Notes under the pieces: model-generated
The model's database searches: none
What the model was told of the DNA's origin: nothing
The model's input: only the letters and a program-made list of their open reading frames with translations
DNA from: Thermoanaerobaculia bacterium
GTDB lineage: Bacteria; Acidobacteriota; Thermoanaerobaculia; UBA5066
DNA: 64,000 nt
Direction of reading: 5' to 3'
Assembly: GCA_963719225.1 (NCBI GenBank)
Contig: CAVRAY010000002.1
Location: 672,001-736,000, forward strand
Made by a program: the position numbers and the translations under genes
Shown: piece by piece, positions 45,491-54,985 of the stretch
Layout of the letters: every line of letters begins with the position of its first letter
Numbering within the stretch: position 1 is the first letter of the stretch

Positions 45491-46983
45491 GCGATCTCCT
45501 GTTGAAGGGTGGACAGGCGGGCGGCGGCCGCGAGAGACGCGGCGAGCGAGCCGTCCCGGAAACGAGCGAGCGAGATCTCGCGCTCGCGGGCGAGCGCCCG
45601 GTCGAGCGTGGCGAGGCGGTCGGTCGCGAAGGCGGTCTTGGCGGCGGCGAGTTCGGGGATCGCGCGGGTCGTCAGAAGGGAAGTGCGCGCGAGGGCGGCC
45701 GGAAGGGCGGAGCCCTCCTCGGCGAGAGCGTCGACGAGGCCGAGCTCCAGGGCGCGCGCCGAGGTCACGGTCGCGCCCGGGAAGAACAGGGCGGCGGCGG
45801 CGGCCGGCGCGACGAGCGGAAGGAGGGCCGAGAGTCCGGCTTCCGGCGCCGCGAGTCCGGGCGAGGGGCCCAACTCGGCCTCGAACGGACCGGGCCCGGC
45901 GGCGACGCGCACGTCGCATGCGAGGGCGAGCGCGAGACCGGCGCCGCGGACGGCTCCGTCCAGCGCGGCGACGACCGGCCGCGGGATCGCCGCGACCGAG
46001 CGCACGGCGCCCCCCACGGCGTCGAGCAACGCGAGGAAACCGTTCTCGTCGCCCGCCGCGACCAGAGCGGCGAGAAGCTCCGGGTCGAGGCCCGCCGAGA
46101 ACGAGGACGCCGAACCGGTCAGGACGAGAGCCGGCGCCGTCGGGTCGCCTCCGAGCGCGACGAGCGTCCCTTCGAGGACCTCGGCCATGTCGCCCGCGAA
46201 CGCGTTCCGGGCGGCGGGGCGCGCGAGCTTCACGACCGCGATCGCGCCCTCGAGCGAGACCTCGATTCGCGGCGGTGTCGCGCGGCCGTGCGCCTTCGCG
46301 TACGCGCGGCTCGCCTCGAGGAACGCGCGCAAGAGCGCCTTCTGGCGGGGATCGGCGACGAGGTCCTCGGGATGCCACTGGACAGCCGCGAGCCACGAGC
46401 GCCCGGGCCGCTCGAACGCTTCGACGACGTCGTCGGGGGACGCCGCGACGGGCGTGAGCGAGGACGCGAGGTCCTTGACGGCCTGGTGGTGCCGGGAATT
46501 CACATCGAGGGCCTGCGCGACGGCCGCCGCGAACGGCGACGGCGCACGCCCGGCGCTCGGCCGCACCGGGTGCGCGCGGAAGTCGCGGGCCCCGTCCGGC
46601 GCGTCGGCGTCGTGCGCGACGCCGCGGTCGCGCTGCGAGGGGAGGTCCTGCCACAGCGTTCCGCCGAGGGCGACGTTCACGACCTGGAGGCCCCGGCAGA
46701 TCCCGAAGACGGGCGCCCCCCGTTCCTCGGCATCCGCGAACGCCGCGAAGTCGAGCGTGTCGCGCTCGGCCCGAACCTCGAGCGTCGGCGTGGAGGGGGC
46801 CTCGCCGTAGCGCGCGGGGTCCACGTCCGGCCCGCCCGCGAGGAGGAGGCCGTCGAAGTGCGCCGGCAGCGGTTCGCCGGGGACCACGAGGACGACCTCC
46901 TCGGGAAGGGCTCCCGCCGCGAGGAGGGCACCCCGGTACGCCTCGTTGGGCTGCTGGGCGTCGGTCGCGACGACGATCTTCAT
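45487..46983 (-). CDS. Fusion: peptidase C26 / PuuD-like glutamine amidotransferase plus crotonase-fold domain
   Basis: DGLLLAGGPDVDP, GICRGLQ, VNSRHHQAV, VQWHPE; then LARPAARNAF, FSAGLD, PVVAALDGAVRGAGLALALACDVR. Confidence 0.85.
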   Translation of the reverse strand: MKIVVATDAQQPNEAYRGALLAAGALPEEVVLVVPGEPLPAHFDGLLLAGGPDVDPARYGEAPSTPTLEVRAERDTLDFAAFADAEERGAPVFGICRGLQVVNVALGGTLWQDLPSQRDRGVAHDADAPDGARDFRAHPVRPSAGRAPSPFAAAVAQALDVNSRHHQAVKDLASSLTPVAASPDDVVEAFERPGRSWLAAVQWHPEDLVADPRQKALLRAFLEASRAYAKAHGRATPPRIEVSLEGAIAVVKLARPAARNAFAGDMAEVLEGTLVALGGDPTAPALVLTGSASSFSAGLDPELLAALVAAGDENGFLALLDAVGGAVRSVAAIPRPVVAALDGAVRGAGLALALACDVRVAAGPGPFEAELGPSPGLAAPEAGLSALLPLVAPAAAAALFFPGATVTSARALELGLVDALAEEGSALPAALARTSLLTTRAIPELAAAKTAFATDRLATLDRALAREREISLARFRDGSLAASLAAAARLSTLQQEIA

Positions 46984-47052
46984 TTGCGGGTCGGGCAGAC
47001 TCGCCCGGCGGCGCGCCACGGGAATGGCGCGGCGGGGGATTATAAGGAGGAC

Positions 47053-48222
47053 GTGGGAGCGGTGCGGCGCGTCGCCGTGACGGGGATGGGCGCCATGAGC
47101 GCATTCGGAGCGGGCGTCGCGTCCCTGCGGGAGGGCGCGTGGAGCGGACGCAGTGCGATCGCTTCCGTATCGCTCTTCGACGCGAGCCGTTTCGTCGCCC
47201 GCACGGCCGCCGAGGTGCCGTTCGTGCCGGACGACCCCGGCGGTGAGACGGAAGATCGCGCGGCGCGGCTCGCGCTCGCCGCGGCCGGCGAGACGCTCGC
47301 GGGTGCGGGCTTCGGAGGCGTGGACTCGGGCGTGGCCGTCGGGACGACGCTCGCGGGCCGCGAGGCCTGGGGCCGCGGCCTCGCGTCCGGCGCGCCTCCC
47401 TTCGCGGACTCGTCGCCGGGCGCGCTCGCGGCTCTCCTCGCGCGCCGGCACGCCGCGCGCGGACCCGTCGCGACGGTCTCGACGGCGTGCGCGTCCGGTG
47501 CGGCCGCGATCGGTCTCGCGACCGGCTGGATCCGCGATGGGCGCGCGACGCGCGTTCTCGCGGGAGGTGCCGACGCGCTCTCGGCGTTCGTGTTCTCCGG
47601 CTTCGACGCACTGCGCGCGCTGAGCCCGACGGTCGCCCGGCCCTTCGACGCCGCGCGCGACGGCCTGACGCTCGGCGAAGGGGCGGGGTTTCTCCTCCTC
47701 GAGGACGAGGAGTCGGCCAATCTCCGCGGTGCCCGCGTTCTCGCGCGCGTCGCGGGCTACGGGTCGGCGGCGGACGCGTTCCACATGACGCGCCCCGATC
47801 CGCGCGGCGCCGGCCTCGCCCGGGCGGCGGAGTCCGCTCTCCGGGATGCCGGACGCTCCGCCGCCGACGTGGGCTTCGTGAGCGCCCACGGGACCGGGAC
47901 CGTCTTCAACGACGCGATGGAGGAGGCCGCCCTGGCGCATGTCCTCGGGCCGAGAGCAGGATCGGTGCCGGTGCACGGCCTGAAGGGCGCCGTCGGCCAT
48001 ACGCTCGGGGCCGCGGGCGCGCTCGAGGCCGTCCTGTGCGTCCTCGTCCTCGGCGGCGCGGACGTCCCGCCGACGGCGGGCCACCGCGCCGCGCGAGCGG
48101 GTTCGCCCGTTTTCGTCGTCTCGGGCGCGCCGTACGCGCCGCGGCGGACTATCGACGTCGTCCTCTCGACCTCGGCCGCGTTTTCGGGAACGGGCGCCGC
48201 CCTCGTCCTGGAGCGCGTGTGA
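47053..48222 (+). CDS. Beta-ketoacyl-ACP synthase (FabF/FabB-like)
   Basis: RVAVTGMG, STACASG, RPFDAARDGLTLGEGA, SAHGTGT, KGAVGHTLGAAG. Confidence 0.9.
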   Translation: MGAVRRVAVTGMGAMSAFGAGVASLREGAWSGRSAIASVSLFDASRFVARTAAEVPFVPDDPGGETEDRAARLALAAAGETLAGAGFGGVDSGVAVGTTLAGREAWGRGLASGAPPFADSSPGALAALLARRHAARGPVATVSTACASGAAAIGLATGWIRDGRATRVLAGGADALSAFVFSGFDALRALSPTVARPFDAARDGLTLGEGAGFLLLEDEESANLRGARVLARVAGYGSAADAFHMTRPDPRGAGLARAAESALRDAGRSAADVGFVSAHGTGTVFNDAMEEAALAHVLGPRAGSVPVHGLKGAVGHTLGAAGALEAVLCVLVLGGADVPPTAGHRAARAGSPVFVVSGAPYAPRRTIDVVLSTSAAFSGTGAALVLERV

Positions 48223-49187
48223 GGCGGGTCCTCCTCACGGCGTCCGCCCGCGTCGAGAACGCCGGTGGCCTCGTCCGCGACGCGCTCGTGGACGCGAACA
48301 GGCTCCGGCGGATGGACCGCTTCGGCCGCTGCGGTGTCGTCGCGGGCAGCCGCGCGCTCGCGGCCGCGGGCCACTCCGCCGTCGCCGCCGGATGCCCGTC
48401 CGCGCCCCGCTTCGGCGTCGTCGTCGGGACGGCGTACGGCTGCCGCGACGCGATCACGCAGCACGAGCGGCTGCTCGCGTCGGCCGCGCGCGTCGAGGAC
48501 CTCGCGCCCTCCGTCTTCGCGGCCACGGTCCACAACACCGTCGGCGGCGAGCTCGCGATCCTCTACGGCCTGGGCGGCGTCGCCGAGACGCTCGTGTCCG
48601 GGCGGACGGCCGGGCTCGAGGCGCTCGCCCTCGCGGCGTCGCGTGTCGCGAGGGGAGACGCGGACCGCGTTCTCGTCGTCGCGGCCGAGGGGCTCGACGA
48701 GACGATGCGCACGGCGTTCGGGCACGAGAACCCGGGCGTCACGCTCGTCGAGTCGGCGGCGGCGGTGCTCGTGGAGAGGATCGAAGGGGAAGAGGAAGAG
48801 ATTTCTTCAAGGAAGAGAAAGACCGGATGCGCTCTTTTCATCGAGGCAGCTCTCACATTCGATCCGGCGGCCGGACGGGAGACGCCCGAGGAGAGACGGG
48901 AAGATTTCTCAGAAGGTGTTGGTGCGGGAGAAGCGCGGGGGGAGCGCGATGCGGTGATCGGGCGCCTCGGCGCACCGGGGATCGAACGCCTCGGCGCGTC
49001 GGGGCTCTGGGAAATCGCCGAGGATCTTTCCGAACGGACCGCGTCCGACGTCGCAGCCGCCACCGCACGGAGCGCTCCGAGGGCGGGTGCGCCGCAGCCC
49101 CATTCACCTTCCAAGAAAATCCACCGGTACGAGACGCGAGATCCTCACGGTTCCTGCTGCTGCGTCACCGTCGCGTTCTTCTCCTAA
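48219..49187 (+). CDS. Non-catalytic ketosynthase-like protein (chain-length-factor type)
   Basis: RLRRMDRF, GVVVGTAYG, PSVFAATVHN; no catalytic Cys; low-complexity C-terminal third. Confidence 0.75.
   Translation: MRRVLLTASARVENAGGLVRDALVDANRLRRMDRFGRCGVVAGSRALAAAGHSAVAAGCPSAPRFGVVVGTAYGCRDAITQHERLLASAARVEDLAPSVFAATVHNTVGGELAILYGLGGVAETLVSGRTAGLEALALAASRVARGDADRVLVVAAEGLDETMRTAFGHENPGVTLVESAAAVLVERIEGEEEEISSRKRKTGCALFIEAALTFDPAAGRETPEERREDFSEGVGAGEARGERDAVIGRLGAPGIERLGASGLWEIAEDLSERTASDVAAATARSAPRAGAPQPHSPSKKIHRYETRDPHGSCCCVTVAFFS
48903..49122. repeat. Intragenic palindromic element(s) in the KS-like gene
   Basis: GATTTCTCAGAAGGTG ... ATTCACCTTCCAAGAAAATCC; the right end closely matches the reverse complement of 18721-18742. 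Confidence 0.55.
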
Positions 49188-49199
49188 GCAGAAATTTGC

Positions 49200-50927
49200 C
49201 TATTCTCTTTTCCTCTCCGCGATGAGCTCGTCCGGAGCCGGGATCGTCGGAATGGCGTCCTTCGGCAGCGCGCCGCCGCGCGCCGCCGCGTCGCGCCAGC
49301 GCACGACCGCCGCGTGGAGCGGCGCGGGTCCCGGATCGTGCGCGAGGGCCTCGCCGAGGAGCGCGCGTGCGCGCTCGCGGTTCCCGAGCCGGAGCTGAAA
49401 TTCGCCGAGCTTGGCCGTCGCCTGGGCGAAGGCGGGGGAGAGCTCGTGGGCGCGGGCAGCCGCGGCGGAGGCGGCCTCGAGCCACCCGTCCCCGCCGTTC
49501 CTTTCGAGCCGGCGCGCCTCGGCGAGCGCGGCGCGCGCATCCTCGTAGCGCGCGTAGCCGCCGGAGACGAGCCATGCGTCGGCCGGGACGGGCTCGGCGG
49601 CCGGCGCCGGGGGCGCCACGTCCGCGGAGAGCACGGCCTCGAGGTCCACCGGCACGTAGGCCCCGAGCGTGTGCGGGGCCGCGGCGACCCAGGCGCGGCG
49701 CCGCGCGAGGTCGAGGACGACGGAGTGCGCGGCGATCGACGCGTCGATCGCGTTCCGGTTGCCGGGGCCGAGGTCGGTCCCGTCCACGCCGCGGCGGTCG
49801 CGGAGGATGGCCACGGCGCCGGCGACGTCGAGGGAGCCGCCGGCCCCTGCGAGGAGGACTTCCAGCCGCGCCCGGCGCCGGCGCGACGTCGACGCCGGAG
49901 GAAGCGCGCGGGCGTGCGCGCGCACGGCCGCGTTCTCGGCCTCGTTCGCCGCTCCGATCGACGGGCCCGGCGTCTCCCGCACGGCGAACGCCGACGGGCT
50001 CTTCTCGACGACGGCAATCCGCCGCGACTTCGCGTCGCCGAGGAGGATGAGATCCGACACGAAGACGCGCGCGGCGCGCAGACGCGTCACTGCCCCGTCG
50101 AACGTCGACTCGTTCCCCAGGACGTCGGCGAGGAGGAGCGTGACGGGCGTGCCCGACCCTGCGGTGTCGCCGCCGGCGATCGCCTGGAGCGCGACGCCGA
50201 TCCCGTCGCGGTTGAAGCCCGAGACGACGCCGAGCATGCCCGGGAAGCCGACGGAGAGGTACGGGATCTTCCCGTCGGGAACGACGACGGAGACGAGCTT
50301 CTGCCGGTCGAAGACGTCGCCGCCCTCGAAGTCGAAGTTTCGCGCGAGGAGAACGCCGCCGTCGGGCGTCCGGGCGGCAAAGCCCGTGCAGGCGGCCGCG
50401 AGAGCGGGTGCGTCGACGAAGCGCTGCGAAACGTCGTGGAGCGCGTGCAGGTCGAGCATGCGCCGCCACGCGCTCCAGCCCGAGGCGGGCGGGACGGGCT
50501 CGTACCCGTCCGCGAGGCCGGCGATCGCGACGAGGAGGTCCGGCGGGATGTCGTCCGGCAGCGCGCGCAGCCGGAAGGCCGAGACCTGCCGGATCAGGAA
50601 GCGCTTGAAGCGCCCGGGGATCAGCGCCGTGAACAGCGCGTCGAGGTGGCTCTCCTGCGAGCGGATCCACGGCCGCGTGAGGCGGCCGGACGCGAGCCCG
50701 AGGTCGTACGGCGCTCCCGCGAAGCGGCCGACGAGGACGCCCGGCGGAGCCGACGGCGCGACCCACGAGACTCCGAGGCGGCGGACGCCGCTCCGCGTCT
50801 CGACGGTGGGATCCGGTGCGGCGACCGCCGGGGCCGAGGCGGGCCGCGCCGGGGCGCACGCCGTGGCGAGCGCGAGAGCCGCGGCTCCGGCGAAGGCCGC
50901 GGGCGCCCCGCCCGGGGCCTCCCTCAC
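49200..50927 (-). CDS. Peptidase C45 / acyl-CoA:6-APA acyltransferase-family lipoprotein with C-terminal TPR-like helices
   Basis: Lipobox LATAC; Ntn cleavage site AAA|CTGF; LARNFDF, GVVSGFNRDG. Confidence 0.85.
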   Translation of the reverse strand: MREAPGGAPAAFAGAAALALATACAPARPASAPAVAAPDPTVETRSGVRRLGVSWVAPSAPPGVLVGRFAGAPYDLGLASGRLTRPWIRSQESHLDALFTALIPGRFKRFLIRQVSAFRLRALPDDIPPDLLVAIAGLADGYEPVPPASGWSAWRRMLDLHALHDVSQRFVDAPALAAACTGFAARTPDGGVLLARNFDFEGGDVFDRQKLVSVVVPDGKIPYLSVGFPGMLGVVSGFNRDGIGVALQAIAGGDTAGSGTPVTLLLADVLGNESTFDGAVTRLRAARVFVSDLILLGDAKSRRIAVVEKSPSAFAVRETPGPSIGAANEAENAAVRAHARALPPASTSRRRRARLEVLLAGAGGSLDVAGAVAILRDRRGVDGTDLGPGNRNAIDASIAAHSVVLDLARRRAWVAAAPHTLGAYVPVDLEAVLSADVAPPAPAAEPVPADAWLVSGGYARYEDARAALAEARRLERNGGDGWLEAASAAAARAHELSPAFAQATAKLGEFQLRLGNRERARALLGEALAHDPGPAPLHAAVVRWRDAAARGGALPKDAIPTIPAPDELIAERKRE

Positions 50928-51871
50928 TCCTCGCTCTCCCAGAACCGTGCGAAGCGGTACCACTGCGTCGGGTAGGCCCGGATCGTCGCCTCCATCCGCG
51001 CGACGAAGGCCGCGAGGCCCGCCACGACGGCCTCGTCCGCGGCGGCTCCGCGCGCGTGCGGCACGCGGATCGCCTCCTCGACGATGGTCCGATACCGGCC
51101 GTCGTCCTCCTGGAGGACGAAGACAGGGAAGATCGGGGCTCCCGATGCCTGGGCGATCCGGAACGGCCCGATCGGGAACGAGGCCGTCTTCCCGAAGAAC
51201 GGCATCGCGCGCCCGGTGCCGGAGACGTCGCGATCGCCCTGGATCGCGACGCACATGTTGCTCTCGAGGGCGCGGAGGACCGGGAGGAATCCGAACGGCG
51301 ACCGGTCCACGGGGATGCCGGTGACGCCGAGTGTCTTGCGCGCGTCGTCGCGGTGCATCTCGACGACCGGGGACGGGTCGGGCACGTAGACGACCGCCAC
51401 CTTCAGCCCGAGCTGCGCGAGGAAGAGGCCGCCGAGCTCGAAGTTGCCGACGTGCGCCGTCAGGAGGATCGCCCCCCTGCCCTCCCGGGACGCCGTGACG
51501 AGACGCTCGTCGCCGGATCGCGCCGCGAGGAGGGAGGCCGGGTCCACGTCGCTCCGGCCCGAGTGCCGGAGAAGGTCGATCCACATCCGCGAGTGCCGGG
51601 ACACCATTTCACGCCCGGCACGCCCGACCTCGCCGGCGTGGCGCGGAAGGCCGAGAACGGCCGAGAAGTTGTCGAGAATCGCCTCGCGGACGGAATTGCG
51701 CGCCCAGATCACGCGCTCCACGGTGACGTTCGCGACGCGCGCCACGAAAGCGGGCGGCAGGGTTCGGGCCAGCCACCGGAAGAGCGGGAACCACAGCCCA
51801 AACGTCGCGCTGGCGAGGTTCGAGACGATGGTGGGCTTCTCGGCGATCGGATCAGGCGGGACAGGCGGCAC
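50924..51871 (-). CDS. Lysophospholipid acyltransferase (LpxL/HtrB family)
   Basis: [41 protein letters not shown]. Confidence 0.9.
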   Translation of the reverse strand: MPPVPPDPIAEKPTIVSNLASATFGLWFPLFRWLARTLPPAFVARVANVTVERVIWARNSVREAILDNFSAVLGLPRHAGEVGRAGREMVSRHSRMWIDLLRHSGRSDVDPASLLAARSGDERLVTASREGRGAILLTAHVGNFELGGLFLAQLGLKVAVVYVPDPSPVVEMHRDDARKTLGVTGIPVDRSPFGFLPVLRALESNMCVAIQGDRDVSGTGRAMPFFGKTASFPIGPFRIAQASGAPIFPVFVLQEDDGRYRTIVEEAIRVPHARGAAADEAVVAGLAAFVARMEATIRAYPTQWYRFARFWESEE

Positions 51872-51968
51872 GCCGCGAGAATGCCACGGCGGCCTTCCGG
51901 CCCCGCGCTTCGATACGCCGTCTCGACGGGCCGTTCGGCTAGGATGGAGGGCCGCCCAGGAGGCCCTG

Positions 51969-53024
51969 ATGCTCGACACCATCCGCAAGCAGCTCGGCGA
52001 GCGCGCCTCGCTCCTCGACTACGAGGCGAAGGGCGTGCCCGCCTCGATGCTCCACCTTCCCGGCCCCGACTTCGTCGACCGCGTGCTTGTCCCGTCCGAC
52101 CGGCCGGCCGGCGTCCTGCGCAGCCTGTCCTCGATGTTCGGCCACGGCCGCCTCTCGGGCACGGGCTACCTCTCGATTCTCCCGGTGGACCAGGGGATCG
52201 AGCACTCGGGCGCCGCCTCCTTCGCTCCCGCGCCGGAGTATTTCGACCCCGAGAACATCGTCCGCCTCGCGCACGAGGGCGGCTGCAACGCCGTCGCGTC
52301 GACGCTCGGCGTCCTCGGCTCGGTCGCGCGCACGTGGGCGCACCGGATTCCGTTCATCGTGAAGATCAACCACAACGAGCTCCTGACGCTTCCGACGTCC
52401 TACGACCAGACGATCTTCGCGAGCGTCCGGCAGGCGTTCGACATGGGCGCGGCGGGCGTCGGCGCGACGATCTACTTCGGGTCCGACAACTCGCGCCGCC
52501 AGATCACGGAGATCTCGCACGCGTTCCACGAGGCGCACGGCTACGGGATGTTCACGGTCCTGTGGTGCTACCTCAGGAATCCCGCGTTCAAGACGAAGGA
52601 GAAGGACTTCCACGTCTCCGCCGACCTGACGTCGCAGGCGAACCACCTCGGCGTCACGATCGAGGCGGATATCATCAAGCAGAAGCAGCCCGAGAACGAC
52701 GGCGGCTTTCCGGCGCTCCCGTTCGGGAACAAGCCGAACGCCGAGGCGTACGCGAGGCTCGTCCCGGCCCACCCGATCGAGTGGACGCGCTGGCAGGTCG
52801 TGAACTCGTACATGGGCCGCGCGGGCCTCATCAACTCCGGCGGCGCCTCGGGCGGGAAGGACGACCTCGGGCAGGCCGTCGCGACCGCCGTCATCAACAA
52901 GCGCGCCGGGGGCACGGGGCTCATTTCCGGGCGCAAGGCGTTCCAGAAGCCGATGAAGGAGGGCGTCGCCCTCCTCCACGCGATCCAGGACGTCTACCTC
53001 GAGAAAGGCATCACGGTGGCCTGA
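51969..53024 (+). CDS. fbaB: Class I fructose-bisphosphate aldolase (FbaB/DhnA)
   Basis: [43 protein letters not shown]. Confidence 0.96.
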   Translation: MLDTIRKQLGERASLLDYEAKGVPASMLHLPGPDFVDRVLVPSDRPAGVLRSLSSMFGHGRLSGTGYLSILPVDQGIEHSGAASFAPAPEYFDPENIVRLAHEGGCNAVASTLGVLGSVARTWAHRIPFIVKINHNELLTLPTSYDQTIFASVRQAFDMGAAGVGATIYFGSDNSRRQITEISHAFHEAHGYGMFTVLWCYLRNPAFKTKEKDFHVSADLTSQANHLGVTIEADIIKQKQPENDGGFPALPFGNKPNAEAYARLVPAHPIEWTRWQVVNSYMGRAGLINSGGASGGKDDLGQAVATAVINKRAGGTGLISGRKAFQKPMKEGVALLHAIQDVYLEKGITVA

Positions 53025-54049
53025 TGCGTCGCCCCGCCGTCGTCCTCATCACGGGCGCGAGCGGCGAGATGGGGCACGGCCTCATCACGCGCCTCGCGGC
53101 CGAAGGAAATCGCGCGATCCTCACGCTGGACCTCAAGCCCCTCGAGCCGCCGCTCGCCCGCCTCGTCGCGCGCGAGTTCACGGGCTCCGTCCTCGACCGC
53201 AACGTCCTCGAGCGCATCCTTTCCGAGTACGAGATCGACCTCATCTTCCACCTCGCGGCGCTCCTCTCGACCCGCGGCGAGTTCACGCCCGTCACGGCGC
53301 ACCAGGTCAACGTCGAGGGGATGATTTACATGCTGGAGTTCGCGCAGAGCGAGCGCCAGTCGCACGGCCGCCCCGTCACGTTCCTGTACCCCTCGTCCAT
53401 TGCGGCGTACGGACTGTCCGACTCCGCGACGAAGCAGATGGCCGGGCGCGTGAAGGAGGACGAGCACAACACCCCGACGACGATGTACGGCTGCAACAAG
53501 CTGTACGCCGAGCACCTCGGGCGCTATTACGCCAAGCACTACAAGCAGCTCTCCTCCGACGCCCAGGCGGGGCGCGTCGACTTCCGGTGCCTGCGCTTCC
53601 CGGGCCTCATCTCCGCCGTCACGGTGCCGTCCGGCGGCACGTCGGACTACGCGCCCGAGATGATCCACGCGGCGGCGGAAGGGAAGCCCTACGCCTGCTT
53701 CGTCCGCGAGGACACGAAGATCCCGTTCATGGCGATGCCCGACGGCGTCGACGCGCTGCTCAAGCTCGCGGCGGCTCCGGGCGGGACGCTCACGCGTCAG
53801 GTCTACAACGTCGGCGCGTTCGCGCCCACGGCCGGCGAGATCCGCGACCTCGTCCTGAAGTCGTTCCCCGGCGCGCAGATCACGTTCGAGCCCGACCTCA
53901 AGCGTCAGCACATCGTGGACTCGTGGCCCGCGGACGTGGACGATAGCGCCGCGCGTGCGGACTGGGAGTTCGCGCCGCGCTTCGGCCTCGAGGCCGCGTT
54001 CTCAGAGTACCTGATCCCGACGATTCGCGAGCGCTACCGCCGGGTGTGA
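53024..54049 (+). CDS. Extended SDR, L-threonine 3-dehydrogenase-like
   Basis: ITGASGEMG, FHLAALLS, PSSIAAYG, MYGCNK, LRFPGLIS, GGTSDYA, IVDSWP. Confidence 0.85.
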   Translation: MRRPAVVLITGASGEMGHGLITRLAAEGNRAILTLDLKPLEPPLARLVAREFTGSVLDRNVLERILSEYEIDLIFHLAALLSTRGEFTPVTAHQVNVEGMIYMLEFAQSERQSHGRPVTFLYPSSIAAYGLSDSATKQMAGRVKEDEHNTPTTMYGCNKLYAEHLGRYYAKHYKQLSSDAQAGRVDFRCLRFPGLISAVTVPSGGTSDYAPEMIHAAAEGKPYACFVREDTKIPFMAMPDGVDALLKLAAAPGGTLTRQVYNVGAFAPTAGEIRDLVLKSFPGAQITFEPDLKRQHIVDSWPADVDDSAARADWEFAPRFGLEAAFSEYLIPTIRERYRRV

Positions 54050-54093
54050 CGGCGACGCGCGCGCGCTCGTGCCTCTCTCGGTCGGCGAGGCGC

Positions 54094-54963
54094 TCAGGAA
54101 CCTCCGCCCTTCAAGTGGGACAGGACGTGCGAGAAATCCTTCTGGCCGAGGCCTGATTCGCGCGCCCTCTCGTAGTCGCTCCGTGCGGCCTCGACGACGG
54201 CCGCATTCTCCGGGCCGCCGCCCGCCTCGACCATGAGCCTCAGGTCCTTTTCCATGAGCGCGAGCTGGAACGCGGCCGGCTCGCCGCCGCCCGCGAGGAA
54301 GTCCATCTTCGCCTTCAGGTACGGCGACACGCTCGGAATCGAGAGGAGCCAGTCCGTCGTCTCCTTCTCCGGGAGACCGAGCTTCTTCGCGAGGCCGAGC
54401 GCCTCGCCGAACGCGGCGAGCGTGACGCCGAAGAGAAGGTTGTTCACGAGCTTCATCGCCGAGCCCTGCCCGACGGGCCCGAAGTGCAGGACGCCCTTCG
54501 AGACCGCGTCGATGACGGGCTTGCCGCGCGCGAGGTCCGCGGCGTCGCCTCCCGCGAAGAGCTTGAGCGTCCCGTCCGTGGCCGGCTTCACACTGCCCGC
54601 GACGGGCACGTCGCAGAACGCGGCGCCTCTTTCCTTCGCGCGCGCCGCGCAGGAGCGCGAGGCCTCCGGGGTCACGGTCGAGAAGTCCAGCCAGAGGGCG
54701 CCCGCGGCGATGCCCGCGAGGAGACCGTCCGGACCGGAGGCGACCGCCTCGACGGCCCCGGGGTCCGCGAGCATCGTACAGACGATCTCGGCGCGGGCCG
54801 CGGCCTCGCGCGGCGACTTCGCGACGGCCGCCCCGAGGGCGGCGAACGAGGCCGCGCGCTCCGGGCTGCGGTTCCAGACGGTCAGGTGGAGGCCGGCGGC
54901 GGCGATGCGCCGGGCCATGGGGGCCCCCATGGCGCCGAGTCCGAGAAAGGCGACGCGTGTCAT
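54094..54963 (-). CDS. NAD(P)-dependent beta-hydroxyacid dehydrogenase (3-hydroxyisobutyrate DH family)
   Basis: FLGLGAMGAPMA, DVPVAGS, GSAMKLVNN, MEKDL. Confidence 0.92.
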   Translation of the reverse strand: MTRVAFLGLGAMGAPMARRIAAAGLHLTVWNRSPERAASFAALGAAVAKSPREAAARAEIVCTMLADPGAVEAVASGPDGLLAGIAAGALWLDFSTVTPEASRSCAARAKERGAAFCDVPVAGSVKPATDGTLKLFAGGDAADLARGKPVIDAVSKGVLHFGPVGQGSAMKLVNNLLFGVTLAAFGEALGLAKKLGLPEKETTDWLLSIPSVSPYLKAKMDFLAGGGEPAAFQLALMEKDLRLMVEAGGGPENAAVVEAARSDYERARESGLGQKDFSHVLSHLKGGGS

Positions 54964-54969
54964 GGGGTC

Positions 54970-54979
54970 ATCTTAAGAT
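54970..54979. promoter_or_regulatory. Palindromic bidirectional -10 element
   Basis: ATCTTAAGAT gives TAAGAT on each strand exactly 6 nt before each divergent ATG. Confidence 0.7.
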
Positions 54980-54985
54980 CGCGCC

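Noticed and set aside
18721-49122. CRISPR or IS interpretation of the recurring TTCGAAG palindromes
   Set aside because: Copies are dispersed and degenerate, with no regular repeat-spacer period, no cas genes and no transposase in the window.
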